NCBI GenBank assembly: GCA_013239625.1
Contig: MU053652.1
Coordinates: forward strand, 4,579,902-4,643,901
DNA from: Lama guanicoe
Taxonomy: Eukaryota
Reading direction: 5' to 3'
DNA: 64,000 nucleotides
The stretch's first letter is position 1. Each line of letters begins with the position of its first letter. The position numbers and the translations under genes were made by a program. Below the pieces are notes generated by a model. The model was not told the DNA's origin, did no database searches, and saw nothing but the letters and a program-made list of their open reading frames with translations. This document shows, in pieces, positions 1 to 12,550 of the stretch.

Positions 1-35
1 CTAAGCATATGGTCTACCACTGAGCTATTTCCCTC
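1..35 (-). mobile_element. tRNA-derived SINE, 5' part, cut by the window edge
   Basis: Reverse complement GAGGGAAATAGCTCAGTGGTAGACCATATGCTTAG matches the other copies in this window. Confidence 0.75.
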
Positions 36-78
36 AGCTGGGTACAGGACAGGCATAACAGTGGTACACTGGTATGTC

Positions 79-448
79 AAAAGAAAGAGAGAAAAACAGA
101 AAGAGAGAAAGAGAAAGAAAGAAAGAGGGAGAAAGGAAGAAAGAAAGGAAGGAAGGAAGAAAGAGAAAAAGAAGGAAGGAAGAAAGAAGGAAGGAAAGGA
201 AGAAAAGAAAGAGAAAGAAAGGAAGAAAAGAAAGAGAAAGAAAGAAAAGAAAGAAAGAAAGAAAAAAGAAAGAAAGAAAGAAAGGAAAGAAGGAAAGAAA
301 GGAAGGAAGGAAGAGAAAAAGAAGGAAGGAAGAAGGAAGGAAGGAAAGGAAGAAAAGAAAGAGAAAGAAAGGAAGAAAAGAAAGAGAAAGAAAGAAAGGA
401 AAGAAAGAAAGAAAAAGAAAGAAAGAAAGAAAAGAAAAAGAAAGAAAA

Positions 449-479
<31 letters not shown>

Positions 480-530
480 GAGGTAGGAAGGAAAGAAGGA
501 AAGAAAGAAAGAAAGGAGGAAGGAAAGACA
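79..530 (+). repeat. (GAAA/GGAA)n purine-rich complex microsatellite
   Basis: Almost exclusively A/G on the + strand, with an internal duplication of period 150 nt. Confidence 0.97.
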
Positions 531-534
531 AAGA

Positions 535-765
535 GTACAGACTTTGGAGTTAGACAGACTGGGTTCAGGTCCTGGCTCTGTTACTTTCTCCCTATATGAC
601 CTTAAGCAAGTTCTTGAGCCTGTCTTATGGCTTAGGTTCATCATCTGTAAAATGTGATAATAAGAGTATCTATGTCCCAGCGAGTCATGTGGATTAATGA
701 TCTTTGTAAAGTCTTACCATAGTGTTTGGCATATAGTAAGTTTCTAATGAAATTAACTATTATTA
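535..765 (+). mobile_element. MIR SINE remnant
   Basis: Contains MIR core motifs: gactttggagttagacagactgggttca...ctcatctgtaaaatg-like...ggcatatagtaag. Confidence 0.75.
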
Positions 766-859
766 TTATAATGATGACAGAATCTGGGAGACCAGTTGAA
801 GCTATCACAATAATCTAGGTGAAAGCTGATGGAGGCTTAAACCAAGGCAATACAAGTGA

Positions 860-1094
860 GGATGGTTACTAAATGTTTGTAAGCACACTGCATTAGAGAT
901 TTACCATTTATACAGGGACATTTTTGAGAGTGGAATGCGTACACATTAATAATGATACTGGGGTGTGGGAGGTATAGCTCGGTGGTAGAGCGCGTGCTCA
1001 GCATGCACAAGGTCCTGGGTTCAATCCCCAGCCCCTGCATTAAAAAATAATGATACTAGTACAACAGGCACAGACTGGGAAGTGTGGTCACCCT
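860..1094. mobile_element. MER94-like hAT-Blackjack MITE remnant interrupted by a SINE
   Basis: gggacatttttgagagtg...attaataat, with a terminal tggtcaccc. Confidence 0.5.
960..1045 (+). mobile_element. camelid vic-1-type tRNA-derived SINE
   Basis: A box TAGCTCGGTGG, B box GGTTCAATCC and A tail; TSD AATAATGATACT at 948-959 and 1046-1057. Confidence 0.9.
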
Positions 1095-2174
1095 TCATGC
1101 TAGTCTGTTCTGAGTTCCGCTTCTAGATGTCCCTGACCAGCGCCAACAATGCTCAGCTTCTTTTGATTGTAACATACTGAAAGGAAATTTGTTTTGTTTT
1201 TATTTTTATTGGAGCCAGGAAGAAACCAACAAACTTAGGCATCCTCAGTTCAGATATCTTTTCCGGTCCAACCTAACTGAGCGTGCACAAGGGAAGAGCG
1301 ATCATATTCTTTCTCCGTCACTATTTTACGTACAGTGCAAACTGTACAGAAGCAGGTCCTCCAGCCTTGCTTTGCGGACTGGGTGGCTCAAACAACTCAC
1401 CAACCTAAATGGCTTTCTTGTGTCTCCAAAACAGGGCTCAGTATCTTTGCCATGTGCTCCCTAAAGGCAGGTAACAAGTCTACCTGTCTTGTTCTCGCTA
1501 ATATACCCAGCATTTAGTGCAGTGTCTGGCATCTAGCAGGAGTTTGATAATTGCTTACTGAATGCTGTGGTAGTCACTATTCCCCACTTATCCAGAGGTT
1601 AGCCAAAGCTCCTGCCCTCTCCCTTCTCTACACAGACATCATGCCTTCCTGTAGGCTTTCAACAGGTCCTAGGTAGGAAGAATCAAAAATCAGTTAGGAC
1701 TTCCAGTGATGGGTGGCTACCATCTTTTGTACCAGAAGCCCTGTCTTCTTTAGCAACCAAAGTCTGCATGGCCAGAATGAGCCTTCACAGCTTTGCATTA
1801 ACACAGGAAATGGGGCCGGGAAGACTCAATTTCTTGCTTGAGGTAAGTGGGGCAACACAAAGGCATCTCCCAGTTGGTCACCATCGTTCTCAGAATTTCT
1901 TTCACTTTGGGCTTGTAGCAGCCCTGACTGTTTCCTCCTCTCTTTGAAAGAGAAAGTTGGCTTTTTCCCCACGCTGTTTCCTCTAGACTGGCTTTCTTGG
2001 CTTCACTTGGCTGCTTCAGCATTTCAGCTGAGCAGACAGAACATTTTCCCCACTTATTTCCCAAAGGAGTGAGCTCCTGCTCCTAATCAGTCCTTCCCTC
2101 GCCTGGACCCTCCCCCTCCCACCCCTCACCCCTTCCACAGCACAACCCACAACAATTAGGGACTCACTTGGAGG

Positions 2175-2180
2175 TTTATT
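2175..2180 (-). terminator. candidate poly(A) signal of GARIN1A
   Basis: AATAAA on the - strand ~145 nt after the ancestral stop, followed by GT-rich sequence. Confidence 0.5.
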
Positions 2181-2441
2181 GGTGGAAGAACAGAAGCACC
2201 TTGTTATAAACACCACCTTACCTCCCCCGTGCTCATTTGGGCCACAATAGGAAAACAGCATTAGAGAAGGTTGTAGCAAGTACACTGAATGAAGCCAAGG
2301 AAGATCACCCTGTTTGGCTAGGTGTTAGGGTCCCAGAAAGTTCTCTCCTAGGGAACTGGCTACAGGACCCTGCAGGAAGTGCTCGTTGGAGTTCTCTTGT
2401 TCCCAAAGGCTGTGGCTCAAGGCGGCTCTCATGGGTATGTT

Positions 2442-2523
2442 CTAACGGACTGCAGATGCCACTGGCGAGGGTGTCTTGTCACAGCTGTTGAGATTGTGTA
2501 TTTTAATGTCAGTGTCGGTGTTT
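2442..2523 (-). CDS. GARIN1A: GARIN1A terminal coding exon, ending at a TAG (2444-2442); homologous open frame continues to TAA at 2327-2325
   Basis: Acceptor CTACTCCAG|A after a pyrimidine tract; reads NTDTDIKIHNLNSCDKTPSPVASAVR* then NIPMRAALSHSLWEQENSNEHFLQGPVASSLGENFLGP*, resembling the recalled FAM71F2 C-terminus. Confidence 0.82.
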
Positions 2524-3664
2524 CTGGAGTAGCCCGAGAATTTTGGAGTCATGGAAAGCAACAGAAGAAAAAGAAAGCATTGTTAAGAATCTAATTTAAA
2601 AACTATTGTTTAAGTATGTCTTGTCCAGCATGAGTGCGTTGAGCACAGTTGTGAATGAGAAAATCACAGGCAGTGACAACATACGTATGTGGCACAAGGC
2701 ATCCAAGAGCAAGTTAAGCAGAGAAAACCAAGCAGGAGGGAGGCTGGCGTGAAGGCCTCTCTGCTGCAGTGAAACAGATATCCCTCCAAACCATAAGTAT
2801 TGCTTTTCTATGTTGAGAACCTAACGTCTTATGATTCGAAGGCAAGACCTGAACCCACTGGGATCCGATGCCCACTATAACCAGCCAGGCGTCAGCACAA
2901 GTGCAAAGAAAACCTCAACAGTTCTCTAAAACAATAACTTTAAAAAAATCACAACCACTTATGTGTCAAGAGAAACACACTATGGCTAAAAATTTTTCAA
3001 TGTTGATTTCAGGTGAAATACAGGCTTATTTTAAATGAAAAGAGAAATTATTAAAAAGCACCAAAAAAGAAAATAAAATCCCTTAACTATTCAGAGATAA
3101 GTACAGAGTGTTTTTTTCCAGTGAAAATAATTTTAGAGTTATTTAGCTAGAGATTGGCCATATGGCCTAATAATCTAAAAACGTCTTTGCCACAAAAACC
3201 TAGAAATGCTGGATAAAATACAGTCAACATAATTTTAATGCATTGCTAAACTTACAAAAGGTAAAGAAAAAATTCCCAGGGACCAAAAGTTAAAGGCCAA
3301 TGAGGTGTGAGCTGAAGTTGGGTTGGCCAAAGGACTGGCCAGTCTTGGTGACTCAGGCCTTGGGTTTTCATGGCCATGTGGCACAGGAGATAAAGTCTTG
3401 CACCTGAGCTAGGTGGGGAGTTAACTGAGGTATTTGCATAATTCCAGGACTTTCACAGCCACCTTCTTGGCAAAAGGGGATACCAGAAAGAAATCCATCC
3501 AGTGTTACAAGCTCATCTGTATCAAGCTGGATTCTAGGTCAAAACAAAATTTCTTCTGAAAATTTTTATCTCTGGGACTGTCCTAATATTGGCTTGAAGT
3601 CTGAAATGACACATGGTCCAAGAACTTCCGAACTGAGAAACTAATATAAAAAAAAATTCTCCTT

Positions 3665-3805
3665 GGGGAGAGGGTATAGCTCATTGGGAGAGTGCATGCT
3701 TAGCATGCATGAGGTCCTGGGTTCAATCCCCAGTACCTCCATTAATAAACCAACCAACCTCCCTCCCTCCCTCCTCTCAAAAAAACAAAATTAAAAAACA
3801 ATTTT
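3665..3805 (+). mobile_element. vic-1-type SINE
   Basis: GGGGAGAGGGTATAGCTCA...GGTTCAATCCCCAGTACCTCC with A-rich tail; near-identical AAAAATT(T)CTCCT flanks. Confidence 0.9.
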
Positions 3806-4467
3806 AAAAAATTTCTCCTGAGCCAGTAATATCTCTGAGGCAATCGACAGAAGCAAACTTACGATGGTTTTTTGGGGTCAACCCCTGCCCCTCCAGTTTA
3901 GGCCAACATGAATCCCACAGATAAAGGCCTGCTTGAGATGAGCTCAGATAAAATATTACAGCTACAGACAGCTCCAGGCCCACAGGATCTGTGTGAGAGG
4001 AAGCAGAGAGAAGCAACGGGGCATCTGATGTACCTATAAACAGGAGAGCTACATCTCCCGCAGGTTCTCGGTAGAAAGTGCAGCAGGCCAATTTGAGAAG
4101 AAGGAAACTGGGAGTGCAAGGGGTCAGCGGTACAGTCTTAAGAGATTGGGGAAGTGTGTGCCTTAAAAACTGTCAAAACCGCTAGAACACTCTCTCTTGC
4201 AGGATGCAGCAAGGAAAAACCACTGGAAATGGAATCCAAATTGAGTAGGAGGGGAACAATAAAAGCAAAGGAAAGAGAAAGTTCAGCTAAAGATAGGAAA
4301 GAGAACACAGCCTGGGAATCCCATACGGTACAAGGCTGTAAACAATTCACAAAAACGACACAAGAGGGAGCTCTAGAGCCCAACCAGAAAGCTATCTTGA
4401 TCGGCCCCTCCAGAAGTTCGGGAAAACCATTTCACATAAAAATAAACATTAGAAAAGGATCATATTC

Positions 4468-4657
4468 CGTGGGGAGGATATAGTTCAAGTGGTAAAGCAC
4501 AGGCTTAGCATGCCCAAGGTCCTGGGTTCAATCCTCAACACCTCCTCTAAAAATAAATAAACCAAATTACCTCCTCCTTAAAAAAATTAAATAAATAAAA
4601 ATGGGAAAAAATTAACATAAACACTGCTTTAAAAAATACCCATATAAAAAAAAGAAG
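4468..4657 (+). mobile_element. vic-1-type SINE
   Basis: Same head motif; TSD AGGATCATATTC at 4456-4467 and 4658-4669. Confidence 0.9.
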
Positions 4658-6462
4658 AGGATCATATTCAAACACCACCCACAATTATATAAGAAAGAGC
4701 ATATGAAGCATAATAAATCCTTACAGACAATGAATGCATTCTAAGATGTGTCTGCCAAACAAATGAAAACTGCAACCTAGCATTTCAAAATAGTCTAAAA
4801 GAAATTAAGACTATGACAGAATATATGAAATAATGATACGTCAGAACTCAAAAGATTTACAAATGTGGTGATAAAACTGAGAAAAGAATTAGACATTTCT
4901 AAAGGAAGAACAATTACTTCCAAAACGAAGACTAAAACCAGAAAGAACACAAGAGAAAAGCAAAGCAGATAATTCCTTAAGAGAAATAGAAGGATAAAAG
5001 GCGAAGAAGAGTTTCAAGAATAAAAAAGAAAGAGAAGGTGGCAGATAACTGGCAAAGATGATCCAATATACTAACAGTAAAAGTACCCAAACAAGAAATT
5101 TTTACATTAGAATTGAAGTTAAAAAAAAATACTGGGAAGTCCACATAAAGGCACACCATGACCTGGGACAACTGACCCAGCATGGTCACTGCTGGGACCT
5201 GCCCCAGAGCAAGGCTACGAAAACACTGAGAGAGAGGATGTGTGGAGAGTCCTTTGCGTAGAGCAGGTGCCTCTTTCCCCTCCAGATGAAGGAGAGAGCC
5301 TTCCTAGAACCACCCAGAGGCCCTGAGCAGTACCCCTGGGGGCTGGGAGACCCAGCAGGCCATAGCACAATCCTGCCCAGGAAACGTGGAAGGTGGGAGA
5401 AATGGGAGAGCAGGTTTCTTTGATGACAGAGTGAGAGGAGTTGCTTCTGTGTCCAGGAGGCACAGTCCTCTCTCCAGTGGCCGGTCAAAGTCGGAGAGGA
5501 TGTCTCCTGAGGACCAGATGTGGGCTGTACCAGACAGCGAGCCAGCCCGGAGCCACTGTAAACCCTACCTGAGAGGACTCACTGAAAGGTGAGGGACTCT
5601 GACAGCTAGTGCCTGGGTGGCATGGGTGCCTGCAGAGCGAGGGCCTGAGGCAGGTGGAGGCTGGATGGTAGGAAGGTGTCCCAACATCACTAGAGTTGCA
5701 TTGGGGTGGGGAGGTGTCATGTAGGGGACTTCAGAGAACCCAAGAAAGCTCCTAAGGAAAAAAAAATCAGCTTTAAAATTAGGGAACAGAAGGAGAGAAG
5801 TGACAACCCAGTTTCCACTAGGAAGGGCCATCTTAATATGAGGCCAGGCTGAGTGAAAGGGGGCTGATGTGATCAGTGCAGAGTCTGATAATTTTCAGGC
5901 ACTGGACAGTTAAATATCAGAATGGATGCTGTTTTTGTAGTTTAAAAGGACCAAAAGATCTTTTATATTCTAAGAGGGAGCCCTTATGCTTATGGGGCCT
6001 GCCCAAGACCAGCTTTCATCCAGGAGCAAGAGGAAGACGTCTCTCACTGAAAAAAAATTAGAAAGGGAAGGAAAACATTGCATTTCAATGTTCGCTACAA
6101 GTTGTACTTGTTCAACGTATTATTTGCTCTATCTTGCTTTTGTTTTCTATCACTTGTTACAGAAAGAATCTAACATAATGACAGTAAATTAGTAAAACTT
6201 TGGAGCCAGCAGTGGTCTCCCTTGTGGGTTACTATCTATTCTGTTCATTTTACAGAACAGGTAAGTGAGGCACAGAGGCCTTGAGATTGTCTTACCAAAG
6301 GGACCTTGCGAGTTGGGATTGGAGATAATTAGTATCCAACTCCATGAGCCTGCTTTATTACCCTTCTTTGAATTAATTTATTCATCCCTCACTCCTTTTA
6401 TTGAGCACCTTCCACATGAGGACACTGGGATTTGCCTACAGAATATTCAGACTAATCAGCAA

Positions 6463-6683
6463 CTGTCTATAAAATAGATAAACAACAAGGACCTACTGTA
6501 TAGCACAGGGAACTATATTCAATTTCTTACAATTACATATAATGGAAAAGAATCTGGAAAATATATATTTATGTACGTATATGTATAACTGATTCGCTTT
6601 GCTGTACACCTGAAATTAACATAAACTACACTTCAATAAACTACACTTCAACTACATTTCAATAAAAAACAAAATTAAAAAAT
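6463..6683 (+). mobile_element. L1 3' end fragment
   Basis: tataaaatagataaacaacaaggacctactgtatagcacagggaactatattcaa... followed by AATAAA and an A tail. Homologous to 9976-10228 and 46378-46560. Confidence 0.85.
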
Positions 6684-6880
6684 AATCAGCCACAGACACT
6701 GCTTTCAAGGACAAGTTAACAATAAAATTAAGGGGAAAAATCATATGCAACAGTCTAAAATGAAAAGAAGGAGCTGAGATAGGTAGGCAGAGGGTGTCAC
6801 TGACCACCCCCGCCCCAGCCCACCCCCATGGCTCAGTTCTGCAGGAACAGGTGCTGGAGCTACCTGCATGGAGGACCCAC

Positions 6881-6999
6881 CTGTCTGCTGTGAGCTGGGA
6901 CCTTCCTGAGAGATTCAAGAAATTGTCACTGGTCTGTTCGGCTGCCAACATCATGGAGCTTCCGCTGGGCTGGGAGAATGACGGGAGGCTGCTTTCAGA
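6881..6999 (-). CDS. GARIN1A: GARIN1A coding exon 4 (119 nt)
   Basis: Acceptor CTCCACCCAG|TCT; reads SESSLPSFSQPSGSSMMLAAEQTSDNFLNLSGRSQLTAD; donor AG|GTGGGT, phase 2. Phases agree with the neighbouring exons. Confidence 0.88.
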
Positions 7000-8477
7000 C
7001 TGGGTGGAGAAATTTACAGTCAGATGACCAGGTCTGCTCTCTGATAGTTCTTAGCTTCTTCGGGCCAGAACTTTGAAGAAACTCACTTGAGTCTTCCAGC
7101 CTAGTCCTGGGAACCTGTTCCTTAAACATTAAGCCCTAGAATCATCAGACCAAAAACGGGGCCCTCCTAGCACAGTCACCCCCTCTCTCTGATGGGCTGC
7201 TGTGGCTACTCTGCCCAGAGCACAAGGTCTGAACCTTATGAACCAGAGCAGCAGAGCTGTAGGAGCTGACTTTCGAGGTCAGTGATAACATACCTAAAGT
7301 ACACCACTTAAATGAGATGAGGAAAGGGCTTAGATTCTGAAATCTGAAGGTTTAAGGCGATCCAATATATTAAGCTTTTCCTTCCTGTGTTTCTACTCTA
7401 AGCAGGTACTGGGAAAGCCTTCTGTGTATCAAAAGAAAAAAGAACCCTTAAATCAACTGAAAGGGAAAAGTAAATCCTTAGGGAAAATACTTGCAAAAAA
7501 TTGTCATCAAAGGCTTAAAATTTTTGATGTATAAAAAGCTTTGTTTTACAAATCAATTTAGAAAAATGCAAAGCTGCCAATAGAAAAATGGCCAAAGAAC
7601 ATAACAGACAATGCAAAAAAAAAAAGTAACAATGTTCAAATTCATTGAAAATCAAAAGATACGCCATTTTTTTAACCTATTGTATTAGAAAATTAAAATT
7701 CATACTTCTCAGTTGAGATAAGGATACAGTGACGCAGACATATTATTTGAGACAGTATAATTTGGTACTTTCCAGAAATAATATGGCAATATGTATCAAG
7801 AACCTTAAAAATGTTCATACCCTTTGAATTCTGCTTCTAAAAATCTGAGAAAACAATCAGAAATGTGGATAATACATAAATGCTTGTTTCAGCATCAATT
7901 ACAATAATGAAAAGTTAGCAACAACTCTGAGTGTCTGATATTAGGGGAATGGTGATGTAAATTTTAATTCATTCATACAACTGAATAGCATGAAATTATC
8001 AAAATGATGTGCATAAAGAGTATTTAAAAGAAATGGGGAAATGCTTATGATATAATCTAAATGGAAAAAATCGACATCCAGAAATGTATATATATTTAAT
8101 GCTTTCAAGTATATAAATTAAAAATTAAGATGAAAGACTAGAAGGAAATATGCCAAAATGTTCCAAGTGATTGCTTAGGGCTGGAGAGAAGTGGGGGTGA
8201 TTTTTCTGTAATTTTCTGATTTTCTTCAGTGAGTATTATTCCTTTATAACACTGAAAAAAAAAAACCTAGCAAAAACCAGAAAACAATTTTTAAGTGAGT
8301 TAACTATTTGATGGCTCTTTTTATAGGAAAACAAAATTGATTTGCTTTTTATGTTTGTAGACCCCAATATGGTGTGTGCATATCACTGACCTTGAAAAAG
8401 AAGTCTGTCCCCCCACAACACTAGGCTCTAATATCCATCAATTCTCAGGAGGCAATATGCCTCCGATTCCTTGCTTA

Positions 8478-8780
<303 letters not shown>

Positions 8781-9560
8781 TTAATCAACCATGCTGGTGC
8801 CTCCCTAGAACTTGGGTCAGCCTCACTAGGCTCCCACCTCTGCTTGGGGGACTCCCAAGGGAGAAAGCCTGAGGTCTGGGAGTGGGAGTGATCACTAAGA
8901 TGGACTCTTCTCTGATTTCCAGGGCCTGAGTTATTAAGGAATCTGCCCACATCAACAACAGTGGCTGATAGTTGACATATAATATCTCATTTAAACCTCA
9001 CAACAACCCTTTGATGAAGGAAAGCTAAGTCATATTAATTCCATTTTCCAGAATTTGAAACCATGGCTCAGAGAAGGTAAGTGATTTGCCCAAGTTTAGA
9101 TCTTCTTAGGTAGGAACCGGAACTAAGGTTTTCTGACTCCATCTCCAGGCTTCCCTCTCCCTAGATCCTGATTAATTGTGTTGAAAGAATAAGGGGAAAG
9201 ACGGAGATCTTTTAAACAGCCAGTAGTTTTTATTTTTTCAATCTCAACACCTCATAATCCTATTTGACTTCATATCACTCATCTTTTTTTTTTGAAAATC
9301 TCTAAGTCTATATTGACAAAATAAAAATAAACAAAAGGAAGCCAAGATCCTCAAAAACTATACAGGGACTGGTGCTCTACACGGCACCAAGCACAGTGCT
9401 TGGTACATGTAGATACTAAATATTTGTTAAATGAATGAATGAACTCTACATAATTTATACACTAAAGAACACTATCCTTTCTTTTCATCTGAAGTCCAGC
9501 TGCAAAAGAATGCAGTCATTCATCCCACCCCTTCTGGCCCCTCATTCAAGCCTTTCTTTA

Positions 9561-9746
<186 letters not shown>

Positions 9747-9975
9747 CTAGAAGTCAGCCCCAGGCACGTGGGTCAGAAAGAAGCAGAAGACAGGAGTGGA
9801 AAGATAAAGGTGCTAGAAAATGGCACCTCAGCTTGTCAACAGGCTTGAAGCTCCTGTGCTTCCTGCAGGTTCGTGGCACACCGGGCTACCCAAAGAGACA
9901 GGTTCTTTGGCAACAGGAATATGGTGCTGCCCTTCTTCATGTCCTTTGCATTTACTAACTTTCAAAGGATGCACT

Positions 9976-10228
9976 GGGGAGTGGGGAGGGATAAATTAGG
10001 AGTATGGGATTAACATATACACACTACTATATATAAAATAGACAAACAACAAGGACCTATTGTATAGCATGGGGAACTACATTCAATATCTTGTAATAAC
10101 CTATAACAGAAAAGAATTTGAAAAAGAATATATATGTATATGTATCTGAATCACTTTGCTGTACAAGGGAAACTCATGCAACATTGTAAATTAACTATAC
10201 TTCAGTTTTAAAAAATGTTTTAAAAAAA
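9976..10228 (+). mobile_element. L1 3' end fragment
   Basis: Same L1 3' UTR family; flanked by the repeat GATGCACT. Confidence 0.85.
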
Positions 10229-12397
10229 TGATGCACTAGTAAGAAAAAGCTGAGTGGCATTGAAATTTCATTCCTCCATCCTTGGGTAGAAGAAGCCAGC
10301 ACAGGTTTCTAATGGTCTGGAAAGGAGGGTGTGCAAAGAAAGTTCCAGAAGGGGAGGAGAGTGAGGAAAAAAGCTGTTGAATGGGGAGGACTCAGGCAGC
10401 CCAACTTGAGGGAGGTTTGGGGAGCTTCCCCTAAAATGAATGAGGGCATGGCTTATTGCTTGGTCTTGAGTGTAATAAGGGCCTGTTCTCTTGCAGCACC
10501 CAGGGCTTTGGCAGGACAGGAAGACTGGATGCCTGGTACTGGGTCCCAGTGTCTCACCTAAGAAGCACCAAAACCGTAGCCTTTAAGGAACCACAGGGAC
10601 CAGGGTAAGGAACATCTGAGGGGTGATCCCTATTTTCCCAAGACCAGAGGGCCTTTTCACAATGTCCTAGACTTTGTAAGATCATCAGGGCCGTTTACAG
10701 TCAGTGGTGGAATTGGGGACAAGGGGAAGGCAAGCCCCAGGAATGACTGAAACGTAAGTTTCCACAAGCCTGAGTAGATGTTGCTCCAAGAAAAGTGAAT
10801 TTTGATTTTGGGGAAAGAAACACCATTTCTTGGAGCCCATGTTGTGGAATGAAATTCCTATGTACTCCAAAACACAGAGGGCTGCACACATTGAAAGTAA
10901 GAGATAAATGTTTACAGGTGACAATAGTGGTGGTGATGCTGAGGAGAGGGGAGGGAGGGAGCAGCACGATGATGTGGGTCAGATCGTTTCCAGTCAACTC
11001 TGCCTGGGCCAGCTTCAGCAGGCACGCTTCCCCCCTCACTGGCACAGTCTGAGTTTCCTGCTGCCTGAGTCACTTTGTATCTAACTGGAGAATCTAAACA
11101 GTTGTCATATTAGGCAGCAACGGGAACATGTTAAGAGAATAAACCTACTGCCAAAGCATCCTACTCAAATAGACAGGACTAGAATTTTGTATCCTGAGTC
11201 TGGATTTCCCACATTCCTGCTCCTTCTCCTCTGAGCATGCCCCCAGGCTGCCAGCTGATTGCCCAACTGTGCAGCTCCCTGGGGCAGTGCAGGGATCAGG
11301 GAGCACCTGGAGCCATGAACCAGCTCTCTGAAATCTAGGGGACCTCATCAGAGAGGAGCTCGCTGCTCTGTGAAAGGGTCTCCAAATTAAGCCCAGTACC
11401 CACCTCCAACCTCCTGTAACTTCTTACCACTGTTCAACTCCACCAATTGGTACTGGAGACCCTCTCTGTGCGTTCCAGCCTCTTGCCTTCACCCAGGAAC
11501 TTGAAGTCCCTCTGCCCAGAAGGTTGTCCCCCTGCTCTTCCACTTACCAAAGTCTCAGCAATACCTCAAAGAATGGCTTAAGACCTGTCTTCTGGGAAGC
11601 CTTCCACAACTGCTGATGTCTAGGGAATGCTCTGCGCACGCTTTAGAGACCAGCTAGTCCAAATCCTCTGACATAGAGCTTTCATAACATGCCCTTTGAA
11701 CCTACAAATTCATAAGCTTCTCTGTCAGGGACACTATCTGATCTCTTTTTGCATCTCTTGCCTGCCACATAGCTTGCTGACTAACTGGTTATTGCCATAC
11801 CCGCAGTGGGGCACAGGTGTGCAGTTTCCAGCCAGACCACTAGAGGGGGGGTGGGCAGCCCCTCGGTAGGATGTCAGCAGATTGAAATGACCGCCCCCCA
11901 CTCTCCATAAAGCATGGTGGCTCCATGCATCCCAGGCCATAAGTTCTCACTTCCATAGTCATATCCCTACTCTTCTGGGGGTGGTAGGATCGGGGCAAGG
12001 CTGATTTACGCAGGGGTCTTGCTCTCAAGCAAGGCTATTTATAAACCATCCCAGAAAGAAGGAGGCTAGGCTTCAGAGAAGGGATTCTGACAGCTGCCTT
12101 CATCCCCTCTAACCAATTAGTCTGGACCAGCAGCCCCAGGAGAATGCTGATGGACTTGGCCTGGAGAGTGGGCTCTGCTGTCTCCTTCTGTAGGTATAAC
12201 TCTATTTCCCAAAAGCATCTGACCTGCAGGGAGCCCTGTGATACTGTAGGCACAAACTGAGGCGAACCTGGGATCCAGACCCTTTCATTTTCTCTGGCTC
12301 TACTGGCTTCTTTCTCCTCCTCAGGGCTTTTGGATCAATCCCTGGGAACAGGCTGTGGAAAGGGAAGGTGAGCTGGCCCTCAGCTGCACAAGGGTAC

Positions 12398-12550
12398 CTG
12401 GATAAAGTTGCTTTCAAACACCACTGAGTCGGAGAACAGGTTGAATTCTGGAGAATGAATTAGTTGACAAAGAAGGCCATCTTCCACCCCAAGTTCCACT
12501 CCAGGGCCTGGTTCCCTGACCTCTGGTGGGAGGCCCCTAATGGTACTCAT
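12398..12550 (-). CDS. GARIN1A: GARIN1A (FAM71F2) coding exon 1, 51 codons
   Basis: Translates MSTIRGLPPEVREPGPGVELGVEDGLLCQLIHSPEFNLFSDSVVFESNFIQ, which matches the recalled FAM71F2 N-terminus. ATG at 12550-12548; donor CAG|GTACCC, phase 0. Confidence 0.93.

Noticed and set aside
34..553. 141-165-aa K/E/R-rich and F/L/S-rich ORFs
   Set aside because: These are artefacts of the stop-free GAAA microsatellite.
960..1045. tRNA-like sequence with A and B boxes, and its sister copies
   Set aside because: It has an A tail, TSDs and multiple diverged copies, so it is a SINE and not a tRNA gene.
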